DNA of 36,322 nucleotides, taken from assembly GCA_032718475.1 (NCBI GenBank), contig JAUCBJ010006064.1:1-36322 (forward strand). The letters run 5' to 3'. Below the pieces are notes generated by a model. It was not told where the DNA came from, searched no databases, and saw only the letters and a program-made list of their open reading frames with translations. The DNA is from Nemertoderma westbladi. Taxonomy: Eukaryota > Animalia > Xenacoelomorpha. Shown piece by piece: positions 9,673 through 21,246 of the stretch. The position numbers and the translations under genes are program-made. How positions within the stretch are numbered: position 1 is the first letter of the stretch; every line of letters begins with the position of its first letter.

Positions 9673-10103
9673 AGCTAAAACAACATTATTAAACAGCTCT
9701 GTGGTATCCTCCTTGTTAAAGCTTTTGCGGCAAAAATGTGTCGTTTTTTGTGCAATTCGCAAACTACTCTAAAAGGCCAGCATTATCTCGAGGGATTGGA
9801 GAATGTATAGACTTACGCCCTCTAGCGTCTTATTTGGTACAGAGCTATAATGGCGAAATTGGCCAGCTGTTTCTTTGTCCCGTATGTTCTATGTTATTTT
9901 TCGTCCAATCAGCACGATTTTCACTTTACGGTTTATCAAGGCCTTAAGTTTACATATGAATATGCCGTAGGGCGACAAAATCATTGATTCTGACATTCTG
10001 ACTTTTGCCCGAGACCATCCGTGGCCAGACTGCCAGAGGTTTATAAACCACAGTAGCACAAACAATAAACCGCATTGTTTGGGTTAGGAGCTTGGGCGTA
10101 ATT

Positions 10104-10320
10104 ATTGGAACTAAGTTCGCACCATTGGAACTAAATTCGTTTACGTTTTTCTCTAGTTATTGGAACTAAGTTCGCCTAAATTGGAACTAAGTTCGCCTAA
10201 ATTGGAACTAAATTCGCCACAATTGGAACTAAATACGTTTCCATTGGAACTAAATTCGCATTAGGCTTAAATTGGAACTAAGTACGGGGAATCCTAATAT
10301 TGTATCCATTGGGAACTAAA
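10104..10320 (+). repeat. Array of ~9 copies of ATTGGAACTAARTTCG (about 21-bp period)
   Basis: Directly visible repeats with 3-11 nt variable linkers and one longer gap. Confidence 0.9.
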
Positions 10321-10837
10321 CCGAGGCATGGTGGGCATCGCCATAGCTCCGTAATAGCACAGATGTCGATCTTCAGTCCACCTGTTGTTCGGAGTCTAAT
10401 GTACTTTTGGCAGTTTCTCGTTTATTGTGATAATTTTGCTGCCGCTGGGCTTCAACGATCTCGGATTCAAAATATATATGAAAATATGAATTTCGTTGAG
10501 GGAATAGCTGAGAAAAAGTGGATATTTGCTATTTGGAAGCAAAGCAAGCAAAGTACACTTGGGCCGAAGCTGGAAGCGACCCGAAGGCTCCTCTTTCGAT
10601 CGCTGCTACTCGAAGGTACAATCTGTCAATAATAAAAATGAAAGCGAGCCGACATTTAGTCAGATCCACCAAATGGATGGCCAAGGAGACAGACTGTCTG
10701 GATTGCGCTGATTCGAGTTAAAATCGCTTCGCCAAAACGACCAAGTAGCCCATAGGAATACACTACATTTTTTTTGGTGATTTTGGTCATTTTGGCCGCC
10801 AAAACGACCAAGTTAATGTTTATTGGGATTGGGACTG

Positions 10838-12295
10838 TAGGGGTGGGCGCTACTCCTACTGTATCTGCAACCCGAAGGTAGGGGTGGGGGCTACTCCTAG
10901 CTGCTACCCGAAGGTAGGGTTAGGCGCTACTCCTATCTGCAACCCGAAGGTAGGGGTGGGCGCTACTCATATCTGCTACCCGAAGGTAGGGGTGGGCGCT
11001 ACTCCTATCTGCTACCTGAAGGTAGGGGTGGGCGCTACTCCTATCTGCTGCCTGTAGGTACGGGTGGGCGCTAATCCTTTCTGCTACCTGAAGGTAGAGG
11101 TGGGCGCTACTCCTATCTGCTATCCGAAGGTAGGGGTGGGTGCTACTCATATCTACTACCCGAAGGTAGGGGTGGGCGCTACTCCTCTGCTACCTGAAGG
11201 TAGGGGTGGGTGCTACTCCTGTCTGCTACCCGAGGGTAGGGGTGGGTGCTACTTCTATCTGCTACCCGAAGGTAGAGGTGGGCGCTACTCCTATCTGCTA
11301 CCCGAGGGTAGGGGTGGACGCTACTCCTATCTGCTACCCAAAGGTAGGGGTGGGCGCTACTCCTATCTGCTACCTGAAGGTAGGGGTGGGCGCTACTCCT
11401 ATCTGCTACCCGAGGTTAAGGGTGGGCGCTACTCCTATCTGCTACCCGAAGGTAGGGTTAGGCGCTACTCTTATCTGCAGCCCGAAGGTAGGGGTGGGCG
11501 CTACTCCTATCTGCTACCCGAAGGTAGGGTGGGCGCTACTCCTATCTGCTACCTGAAGGTAGTGGTGGCGCTACTCCTAGCTGTTACCTGAAGGTAGGGG
11601 AGGGCACTACTCCTATCTGCACCCGAAGGTAGGGGTGGGCGCTATTCCTATCTGCTACCTGAAGGTAGGGGTGGGTGCTACTCCTATCTGCAACCCAAAG
11701 GTAGGGGTGGGCGCTACTCCTATCTGCTACCTGCAGGTAGTGGTGGGAGCTACTCCTAGCTGCTACCCGAAGGTAGGGATGGGCGCTACTCCTATCTGCT
11801 ACCCGAGGGTAGGGGTGGGCGCTACGCCTCTCTGCTACCTGAAGGTAGGGGTGGGCGCTACTCCTATCTGCTACCCGAGGGTAGGGGTGGGCTCTACTCC
11901 TATCTGCTACCCGAAAGTAGGGGTGGGCACTAATCCTATCTGTTACCCGAGGGTAGGGGTGGGCGCTACTCCTATCTGCTACCTGAAGGTAGGGGTGGGC
12001 GCTACGCCTCTCTGCTACCTGAAGGTAGGGGTGGGCGCTACTCCTATCTGCTACCCGAGGGTAGGGGTGGGCGCTACTCCTATCTGCTACCCGAATGTAG
12101 GGGTGGGCTCTACTCCTATCTGCTACCCGAAAGTAGGGGTGGGCACTAATCCTATCTGTTACCCGAGGGTAGAGGTGGGCGCTACTCCTATCTGCTACCC
12201 TAGGGTAGGGGTGGGCGCTACTCCTATCTGCTACCTGAAGGTAGGAGTGGGCGCTACTCTTATCTGCTGCCTGAAGGTTGACGTGGGCGCTACTC
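10838..12295 (+). repeat. 36-bp GC-rich minisatellite, ~40 copies (GAAGGTAGGGGTGGGCGCTACTCCTATCTGCTACCC)
   Basis: Directly visible; accounts for the 12-aa periodic ORFs in several frames on both strands. Confidence 0.97.
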
Positions 12296-12799
12296 AAAAC
12301 TGGCAAAAAAGTAAAAGTAAAGTAAATTTTCTTCGGCCGCTAGGAGAGGGATTACGCACAAAGTCTGACGACTTATTTCCAGTGCGGTCAGAACTTTTCT
12401 CCCCTGAGGAAACTCTACAGTACCCATTTAGCTACCACTTAAGGATGCATACTACCCGAAGGTACGGGTGGCCCTTAACAGAGATCAACCAACTCATTTC
12501 ATATATACATTAAATAACGTTTAAAAAATTTCTGCTCGCTCCGCTCGCGTTTTTCTTTATGTTCATTTAAAGAAGTAATTACGTGATATAATAGAAATAG
12601 TGTGATTTCAAATAATGGGTTCAGCCATTTTCACATTTAATCACAAAATTAATTCCCTACTACTTTATTATTTTTCACTCAATATTCATCAAACATATAC
12701 CAAAATGTTCAAAAGCTTTGTATTAAAATTCCTGAGTTAAATTAGTTAAATTATCATTAACAAGCCCCTTTATTGTAGTCAGTATATCGCTCACTACCT

Positions 12800-13491
12800 T
12801 TAGTTGTCATTGTGATAAATTAGTTCATCTTCAAAAATGTCTTCCAGATCTTGCAGGGATAAATAGCAGCTGTAATACCGAGTGTGAGAGATATATCCTG
12901 GGAAGGGTTGATTTGGAAGCTCACATGTCCCACAAATACTTCGACCCAAATAAAGATCGTAAACACCATCATTATCGTGTCTTTTAGTACTGATGGAGTT
13001 GTCGAAATCTCTCCTTGAATGTTCAGAACTCCCCACTCTTCGACTGTAGAGAAATGTTTGCCTATTAACTGCAGTCACTCCAACTGCAACCATATACCAT
13101 TCTCCGACACTCACAGCATTTCTAAGCCTTTTCCCAGGTTCACCAAAAGGGTTACGAAAACTAGGATTATACCAAAGATCTACAGCATTAGGATATAACC
13201 ATAAATGTGATCCAAATGAAGTTGAACTGCCAAATTCATATATCGGACCCTTTACAGTTCCAGTTGTCTTAATAAAAGCTACCATAGTAAATGTCTCTGA
13301 AGTTAATTCGTCTGGACCATGTGGTATTGAGATATAACCAGTACTACTTATCATGTCAACCGCCTGATTTTGAATCCCTCCTGGACCGACACTGTATGAA
13401 ATAATACCGTTTTCAATTCCAGGATGATTTCCATAAAAATCGTTAGCTGCATTCGCTTCATCCCAAATCCACAACGACCTGTCACAAGGAT
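12800..13491 (-). CDS. Exon 4 (last) of secreted PAN-PAN-EGF-LamG protein: concanavalin A/laminin-G-like domain
   Basis: Acceptor TTTCAG at 13492. FTMVAFIK..GPIYEFG..HLWLYP..GEWYMVAV..LYLGR..FPGYISHTRYYSCYLS..I is a LamG/pentraxin-like pattern. Stop at 12800. Confidence 0.85.
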
Positions 13492-14405
13492 CTGAAACAT
13501 TTGAAAGAATAATAGTTATTGCAACAAAAAATCAAATTTTATTTAAACATTAATTATTTATCGCAGCATGATAAATAACACATTATTACAAAAATTACTA
13601 TTCACTTTTATTTTAATAATGTATAATGTATACCATTTTAAATTAAACATTTTTATATCAAAAGGTAAATATAATTATAATATTTTATTAATTATTAATT
13701 AATTAATTATCGCTCATGGGTACTACAGTATGTTGCTTGGATTTATTACTGGTTAGAGGCCTACATAAGCAATTAATTAAAGGTGATTTAAATTTTACAG
13801 CGATTAATTAATTAAGTATTATAATTATACATAATTTATTTATAATTATACTCTTCTTTATGTATGAGGTCTCCTGCAATTTTTTGTATCTATTGTTTGT
13901 TTCATCAGTCTGGCTGTTTGTCGGTCTGTCTTTCCACATTTGATACCAAAAACTTACCAAGCGGTTGAAAAACGGCGAAGGAGTAAAAATGTAAAAATAT
14001 TCCGAGATAATTATTGCCTTTAAACCCGCTCGCGCAAAATTAATAACTGACTTCACTTTTACTGAAATCTAGTTTGTCTGTCTTTCAGTCTAATTGACTG
14101 CCCAACAGTGTCCGTCAAAATATAAGAATAGTGCAATCCATCGAGTTGAAAGTTTATCTATAAAGTTTTCCTGGTCGTAGAATTCATTTCGAGTACTCAT
14201 TATCTGTTTGGCTGTCAGGATGTCGGATATATTTTGACGGACAGACTGACAGGAATACCTACAGAAATAACGTCGCCAAATTAGAATACAAACTTGGAAA
14301 TGAAGTTCGACCAATAAAACCCATAAAGGAATTTTTTTAGCCCCCAAAACTGCACAAGAACATGAAACAAATCATGAAAAATAAGTGTTATAATATTCCT
14401 CTAAC

Positions 14406-14537
14406 CTTTACAGGAACCATCGCCTCCATCAAGAACGTATCCATCAGCACAGCTGCAATCAGTAAGTCCTCTTGTTATCTTACAGTCGTATTCTATACCG
14501 GTTTGGTTACAAGCAATGCAAGGATCCTCTACTGGGC
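14406..14537 (-). CDS. Exon 3: EGF-like domain
   Basis: Acceptor TTCCTCAG, donor GTTAG, phase 1-1; DPC..C......DC.......CSCADGYVLDGGDGSC. Confidence 0.85.
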
Positions 14538-14640
14538 CTGAGGAATAAAAATCTAAAATTATTATCAATTTAATATTATTTATTATATTTATTATGAGAA
14601 CATTTTGATATAAAAGAAATAATTTGTAAAACCAACTTAC

Positions 14641-14925
14641 ATTGAAATTCGATATTGTCCACCTTGTCAAAGAATGCAACATTATCTCCATATGTATCAA
14701 TGGTGTTGCTTAGATTTGTGTCAGAATGATTTGGATTTTCGAACAGACACAATTTGGCTGTCAGATCTTCATCATCCCAGGCCCACACAGCAGCCGTGCA
14801 TTGTCCAGAAGTCCCACATCCTGTCATGCATTGTATATAATTGCGGATGTCGTTCTGTTTCATTAGAGAAACATCTCCGATGTAGTTGGTGTGACATGGT
14901 GAGGTAAATGAACCAGCCCATGGTA
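14641..14925 (-). CDS. Exon 2: PAN/Apple-like domain
   Basis: Acceptor TTTTCTTCTAG, donor GTAAGT, phase 1-1; QCMTGCGTSGQCTAAVW...LCLF pattern. Confidence 0.8.
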
Positions 14926-15638
14926 CTAGAAGAAAATGGAAAATAATTATAATACAGTATTAATATCAATTGTAACATTCATTCCTTCTTAATTAAATTA
15001 GTATATATATCTTTTTTATATATATCTTTTAACATTATACATATAACATGTCCATCCAAAGCCATTTCAGTATATTTACGTTTGGCTTTTAAGGGACACG
15101 ATTATATACAACATAGGCTTTAGAGGGACATTTTTGGCTTTTGAGGGACATGTCCTCTGGAAGCCATGGTGGCTCTTTGGGGGACACAGTAAGGATTGCA
15201 TTTGGCGACACATGGCTCTTGGGGTACATATGTCCTAGCGAAGCCACTTACAATGGAACCCATGTTTGGTTTGTATTGAATTGCTTATCATTTTCTTATT
15301 AAATTGTCTCTTACTTGTTAACTAATAACGTTTTCAGTGTTATTTTGTTTTAATTAATATTTGTTTAAATTTTTGTAAATTTAATTTAAAAACTTAGTTT
15401 TGGTCGAAGTTGTTCAAAACTCTTTCACAGATTTAAACATACATACATATTAATAAAGGAAGGTTTTGCTGTTTACATGTAGTTTGATGATGCTGTTTGA
15501 TGCAGTTAATGAATTTAACTGCCAGTTAGCAGTTTAACTATTGCATATCTTGACATCTACAATTCCTATTAAAACATTAAAAACGTGCTTCATAATTGCA
15601 ACACTTCATGTACACAACACTTGAATGTGGTGGAGACA

Positions 15639-15666
15639 GGGGGGGGGGGGGGGGGGGGGGGGGGGG
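15639..15666 (+). repeat. Poly-G tract (28 nt), G-quadruplex-capable
   Basis: Directly visible; immediately precedes a copy of the interspersed repeat. Confidence 0.9.
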
Positions 15667-15667
15667 T

Positions 15668-15815
15668 GACTCGACGCAAAACCCGCCTTGGCGAATTAAT
15701 ATCCCGCCTCAATGTTAAATTCTCAATTTAGGGAAAGGAGCAGGTTACAGTGTCACGTTATTTTAACCAAAACAATAAACTAAACACAATAGAACAAGTT
15801 ACAGTTTTATTTTTG
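15668..15815 (+). repeat. Interspersed repeat family A, copy 1
   Basis: Core AATTTAGGGAAAGGAGCAGGTTACAGTG.CACGTTATT.TAA.CAAAACAATAAAC shared with copies at ~20401, ~31225 (partly deleted) and ~36115 (reverse). Confidence 0.85.
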
Positions 15816-16421
15816 GTGGTGATAACCCATTACTCATTTACTGTAAATTATTAACATAATAATTATTAATTTGTAGCCTACAGTAGTGAATAGCTACTGT
15901 GCCTGTGACGAAAATGGCTTTAGTAGGACCTACGTCCCTCAAGAGCCACTGACAATTAGACCAATTGTTGAGTACATACATTTTTTATTCGCCAAAGTGT
16001 GTTCATCTAGAGCCAATATTCGAGAACCAATGAGATAGTGTTTTAGGTTTTTCTCCGTCACCTCGGAAAGGTATAATCATCTCGGAAAGGAAAGGCATAT
16101 TTTTCTTGCAAGCATACAGTACTCATCCCTGAAAGGATACTCATCTTAGTTGACATGCACATCTCCGAAGGCATTACACATCTCAGAGAGCATAGATAAT
16201 CTGTGTGATATAGACCTATATAACCTGCCCCGACTTTTCTTTTTCATCTGTCCGACTGACGACATCCTTCCGTGAGTTTTGTGTATCACTAATTAAAGGT
16301 ACAGTATTCATTAAAGACTTACTGTAAAAGCGGACATCTGTATATGTCCATTCGTCAATTCGTCATCTGATGCGAGGAAACATAGATATTAATAGAGTAT
16401 GTCTAAAGTTTATCTAAGTTT

Positions 16422-17210
16422 AAGGGGTGCTGATTTCATTTCTGGTGTCAGTTTTCACTTTTACATAAATCTAGTCTGTCGGTCTGTCGGTCTTTCTGTC
16501 AGTCAGTCTGTCAAAACTTAACAAAGAATACAAACTAACTAACATTATCTGTATGGGGGTTTGAAGGGGTGTTGATTTCATTTCTGATGTCAGTTTTCAC
16601 GTTTACATAAATATAGTCTGTCTGTCGGTCTGACGGTCTTTGTGTCAGTCAGTCTGTCAAAACTTAAAAAATAATACAAACTACAGTAACTAACATTCTC
16701 GCTATGGGGGTTTTAAGGGGTGCTGATTTCATTTCTGATATCAGTTTTCACGTTTACAAAAATCTAGTCTGTATGTCTGTCGGTCTTTCTGTCAGTCAGT
16801 CTGTCAAAACTTAACAAACAGTACAAACTAACTAACATTCTCGGTATGGGGGTTTGAAGGGGTGCTGATTTCATTTCTGATGTCAGTTTTCACGTTTACA
16901 TAAATATAGTCTGTCTGTCGGTCTGACGGTCTTTGTGTCGGTCAGTATGTCAAAACTTAAAGAATACAAACTAACTAACATTCTCGCTACGGGGGTTTTA
17001 AAGGGTGCTGATTTCATTTCTGATGTCAGTTTTCACGTTTACATAAATGTGCTCTGTCTGTCGGTCTTTGTGTCAGTCAGTCTGTTGACAACTTTAAAAA
17101 AAATACAAACTAACAAACATTCTCGCTATGGGGGTTTTAAGGGGTGCTGATTTCATTTCTGATGTCAGTTTTCACGTTGACGTAAATCTAGTCTGTCTGT
17201 CTGTCGGTTT
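16422..17210 (+). repeat. Tandem array of ~5.5 copies of a ~143-bp unit
   Basis: AGGGGTGCTGATTTCATTTCTGATGTCAGTTTTCACG recurs at ~16422, 16565, 16716, 16858, 17001 and 17140. Confidence 0.95.
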
Positions 17211-17217
17211 GTGACCC

Positions 17218-17291
17218 ATGATGCATACGCCTGCATCATAGCCCATATAGTGGTGACGCATACGCCTGCGTCATAGGTGCGAAAGGGTTAA
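17218..17291 (+). mobile_element. piggyBac-like terminus (AGGG|TTAA) with subterminal palindromes
   Basis: Ends ...GAAAGGG then TTAA (17288-17291). Two hairpins TGAYGCA-TACGCC-TGCRTCA; the second carries the TGCGT motif known from piggyBac ends. Opposite end not found. Confidence 0.6.
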
Positions 17292-18419
17292 TGCATATTC
17301 TGATTTAGAGGGATAGAAAAATATATTTTTTTGGTAACTGATTGTTCAATATAACTACTCTAAGCACAGATAGTAAGTATGGGTAAAAAGAGAAGCATTG
17401 AAGTTTCAAGCACAAAATTCAGAATTTTAGTGAAACCCGAATTACCCCATTTTTGCTGCACTGTTCAATACAATGTGATGTGGCCAATGCGCAGCCATAC
17501 ATTATACAAGTTTATAAATCGTGCTATTCGAAAATATCAAACTTATTAAACACTGTATTTTCCTATTCAAAAGTCATATATATAATCGTGTCCCTAAAAA
17601 GCCACTTTTTTGTTCGAAAAATCGAAAATACAAATTTTAGTAAATTTATATTTTTTGAATAGCTGTAACAACAAATTAACAACTTTAAATGTTCAATATA
17701 GTAAGTATGGCAAAAATTAGAAACATTGAAACAGTTACAAGTGCAAAAAATGAAATTATGTATACGTGAAAATCCATTATTCTTGATAATCCTAGAAAGT
17801 TCCCCAAATGCTATGAAATATGTAGAGTACTGCTATGTTTGTCATGATAACGAAAGATATATTAGAAAAAAATTAACGTTCCTGGAACAAAATTTATCAC
17901 ATATTTTAGATCTATCTATTAATATTTGATTCCAATATCTGAAATTTCAAGGTTCGTTTTTTAAAAATTGATATATATTTTTGGCTCTATAGGGACATTG
18001 GATATACATCTTTTGGGGTCCAGAAAAGCCACTGCTCCCCTTGGGTTATATTATGTTATAAATACTTTTGAAAATATAACATGCAAAATATATTTTAATG
18101 ATAATGTAATATTGCGTAATTTAATGTTATAGCATTTTCGAACATGACGCAATATTGAAGGCTCGTCAGGGACATGTTATCCATATATATATTTCCTATG
18201 AATTATTTTGTGTATTTTTCAATAACATAAATAATTGTTACTAAAAATTAAAATAATATATTTTAAATAGGTTTAATTAATTATTTATCTTCCAATTATT
18301 TATTGAGGATGGTGATATACAGTATACTGTACAGTAGATACATCATGTAAATATAGTACATCCGCTGGGACGCCAATATTTTATTTTTTTTATATTCTTA
18401 ATTAAATATTAAATTTAAC

Positions 18420-18693
18420 CTTTTTTCTTGCTCATCCATCGTTTCCCCAGAGTTTCCACATCCCAGTTCTCCATATCTGCCAGACAATCCTCTTCATATA
18501 TTTCGCATCTGTCAGTGAATTTGAACGACCAGCATTGATCGTTACGCTCACAATCAATGCTGCACTGGTTCGAGGATGCGGCTTTGGTGGAAACTCCAAT
18601 TGTGGTCTGGTTTGTACAGAAACTATTGATGTAAAAACCACCAATCGATAATCCAACCATATTGGCAAAAATGAAGATAGTAAGCCCAACCAT
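18420..18693 (-). CDS. Exon 1: signal peptide plus PAN/Apple-like domain
   Basis: Hydrophobic N-terminus MVGLTIFIFANMVGLSIG; QCSIDCERNDQCWSFKF..RCEIY. A phase-1 donor AG|GTTAAA at 18419 joins in frame to exon 2 (total CDS 1383 nt, 460 aa). Could alternatively be a separate 92-aa gene ending at 18415. Confidence 0.7.
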
Positions 18694-19158
18694 GATCGTT
18701 GCATTAATATATTAATATTATAGCCACTGGCTATTTATTAAATTTTTTTAAATTATTGATATTAAATAGGATCATAAAATAAATATACTTATTTTTGACT
18801 TTATATATATATTTAATTAGTTCAGGTGCCAGTGCACATGTATCAAGCCAGTGCACTCTAAAATACATAATTTTTAGAATAATAGAAAACGTTAAATAGG
18901 GCGCATAGTATGTACAGTACATATCAATATCACGTTTATTAAATGAACAGTTTATAACCCCCTGTAAACATTAACTTTCCTTATTTCTAAATCCTTATCA
19001 AATGTAACTTATTTTAGACTGCACCGTTAGTGTGCTCAAATCGAAATGTTTACAAAAATTTGTGTTACGTCCGTGTAGAGACCTCTAATATTCACTCCGA
19101 TGTTGTTGTAAGAGTTGTTGTTAGTTTCCACTTGGGTTTTGGTTTTAAGGCTTCATAC

Positions 19159-19247
19159 GGCGCGGAGTGGATCAGTTGGCAGGTGTGGGACTTGGAAACT
19201 CTAGGTACCGACCGAGTTCAATCCCCCACATTCCCGTGAACTTTTTT
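19159..19247 (+). mobile_element. tRNA-derived SINE head or tRNA-like Pol III unit
   Basis: A-box-like TGGATCAGTTGG (19168-19179), B-box GAGTTCAATCCC (19214-19225) and T6 run at 19242-19247; no clean cloverleaf. Confidence 0.5.
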
Positions 19248-20400
19248 GATAGTAAGATTGGTAGTTAAAGGGTAGTTAAAATGTTCTAATTTTAATTTCA
19301 GTCCTTCGGGCTACATTACATTGTTACCAACGATTTCACATACTTTTTGATCGCAATATATGTTTCGAATTTGTTGTGCCCTATTTTGCAAACTCGATAA
19401 ATCTATATTTAATTCTAATTATCATAATATTCGTTGTTATTATTAGAAAAGTATGTATCTGGTGGCATAACACAAACAGATCAGATTAACACATTTCAAA
19501 TTTGTTTCTCGTACCCATGGCAACATGATTAGTAGGTTACTAACATTATCATTCTACATTACTCCCGTGGGTGGTTGCTTATTCAGTTCAGTTCAGTTTA
19601 GTTTATCAGTTTAGGAGACCTATTTGAGCAGACGACCAGAAGAACGTTATATATTTTGGAAAAAAATCCGTTGCTATGTAAATGTATTTGTCCGTTGTTA
19701 TGGCCCTCCTATGAATATTCGGTCACCTAATATTTTAAGTAATTCGCTTACTTGACCAATTGAGAGAAAATTTCATTCAGCCAATCACCCGTTACTAAGG
19801 TGAGTAGATTTTGTTGGCATGGTAACAGCGTTGTGTAAGTTTTGATGCTTTTATCACAAAATGCACAATTTCTACAAAATATGATGCTTAACATCCCTAC
19901 TATAATGAGTGTTATTCCGTCGCACACAACATGGTTGACGGCACGGAGTTGAATAGGGTGAGAAGTATAGTGTACTGTATATAATACTGTATTTAAAATT
20001 ACACAAAGTTAAACCATCGATATTAAGTAAATATTTATTACATTATAAGTTGGATGTTCTATTATAAGGGCAGGGTTACCTAACTACTTATTGGAGAACG
20101 AGAAAAGTTATCCATAGCAACGACCCAGGTTGCCAGGCAGGCCTACTGTACTACTGTATGGTGATTGATTACCCAACATTTACTGTAGGGCCTACTACCG
20201 TAAAACTCTCAATTAATGTTTCGTAAAAATTAATTAACTTCTCCATAGCTTACTACTACTACCTTAAACTCCTAATGACATTCATATCAATTATACAGTA
20301 TAATCATAATAAAACTTCCTGAAGGCCTACATTGAAGCCTTATTCAGAATTTTAACTTAATTATTTATAAATGTCATTGGAGTGGTGACAGCGGGGAAAC

Positions 20401-20610
20401 TTGACGCAAATCCCATCTCGGGGATTTAATGTTTCGTCGCAATGTTAAATTACCAATTTAGGGAAAGGAGCAGGTTACAGTGGCACGTTATTCTAAACAA
20501 AACAATAAACGAAAGTCAATAGAACAATTAAGTTGCAGTTTTATATTTTGAGAGTAATCAACAGCTATTTGCATCGATTATCCCCTGGAGAGGGATGAGT
20601 TTTGATTTCG
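20401..20610 (+). repeat. Interspersed repeat family A, copy 2
   Basis: Aligns by eye with 15668-15815 and 31225-31405. Confidence 0.85.
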
Positions 20611-21190
20611 TCGAAAGTCCCCTTATAGTTTAAAATAATCTGAAGTAAAAAATCAGATAGTCTGTCAGTTGGTAGAATCTGTCTGTCAGTGATTGAATTC
20701 GGTACCGGTGTCACAGGGAAATCTACCCCCCCCCCCCCCCCCCCCCGCCCCTAGAATACTGTATTTATACTTCGAGATATTTAGAGTGGAACCGCTGCGA
20801 AAGATTAAGGTTGCGTATACAGTAATACTACTTTTCGACAGCTTTTCGGGTATGGTCGCACAGAGGATGCAGACACTTTATTTGTCGCGAATAGGTTTTA
20901 ATAATTTCAAAGCAGTACAGTAATTCGTACTAATATCTTTTATCGAGAGTTAGTAAATCAGCAAATAAACTTATTAGTGCTTGTGTTTCTACATGTAGAG
21001 AATCCTCTATTGTTTCAGCGCTGGTGTAGTGCTCTTGGTGTATAATAATGTTAAATAATCTCGGTTTCGGTGTATATTATATACATACATATTTGATTTG
21101 TGTTGACGATTTGTATATAGATAATATCTGAACTGAATATGTTTTCGGAGTATTTTGCCATTTTAATTTGTGCTAGTACAGTAGGAATAT

Positions 21191-21246
21191 GGGTAAATCT
21201 TTTCGACCTACGCGTAGGCCTACGCGTAGGTCGAAAAGATTTACCC
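21191..21246. mobile_element. 56-bp perfect-palindrome mini-element with 9-bp TSD (Mutator-like)
   Basis: GGGTAAATCTTTTCGACCTACGCGTAGG followed by its exact reverse complement, flanked by TAGGAATAT at 21182-21190 and 21247-21255. Confidence 0.85.

Noticed and set aside
9716-9948. TTAA-flanked segment as a Kolobok/piggyBac MITE
   Set aside because: The ends do not form a convincing inverted repeat.
10104-10320. CRISPR-like appearance of repeats with variable linkers (also 22940-23612)
   Set aside because: Linkers are too short and irregular, the context is eukaryotic and there are no cas genes.
10300-10721. Three overlapping short ORFs
   Set aside because: No recognisable domain, mostly non-ATG starts, located between repeat arrays.
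10920-12513. Long ORFs with 12-aa repeats on both strands
   Set aside because: By-product of a 36-bp unit lacking stops in several frames; indels switch frames freely.
19159-19240. Functional tRNA gene
   Set aside because: No convincing acceptor or anticodon stems; kept only as a tRNA-derived unit.
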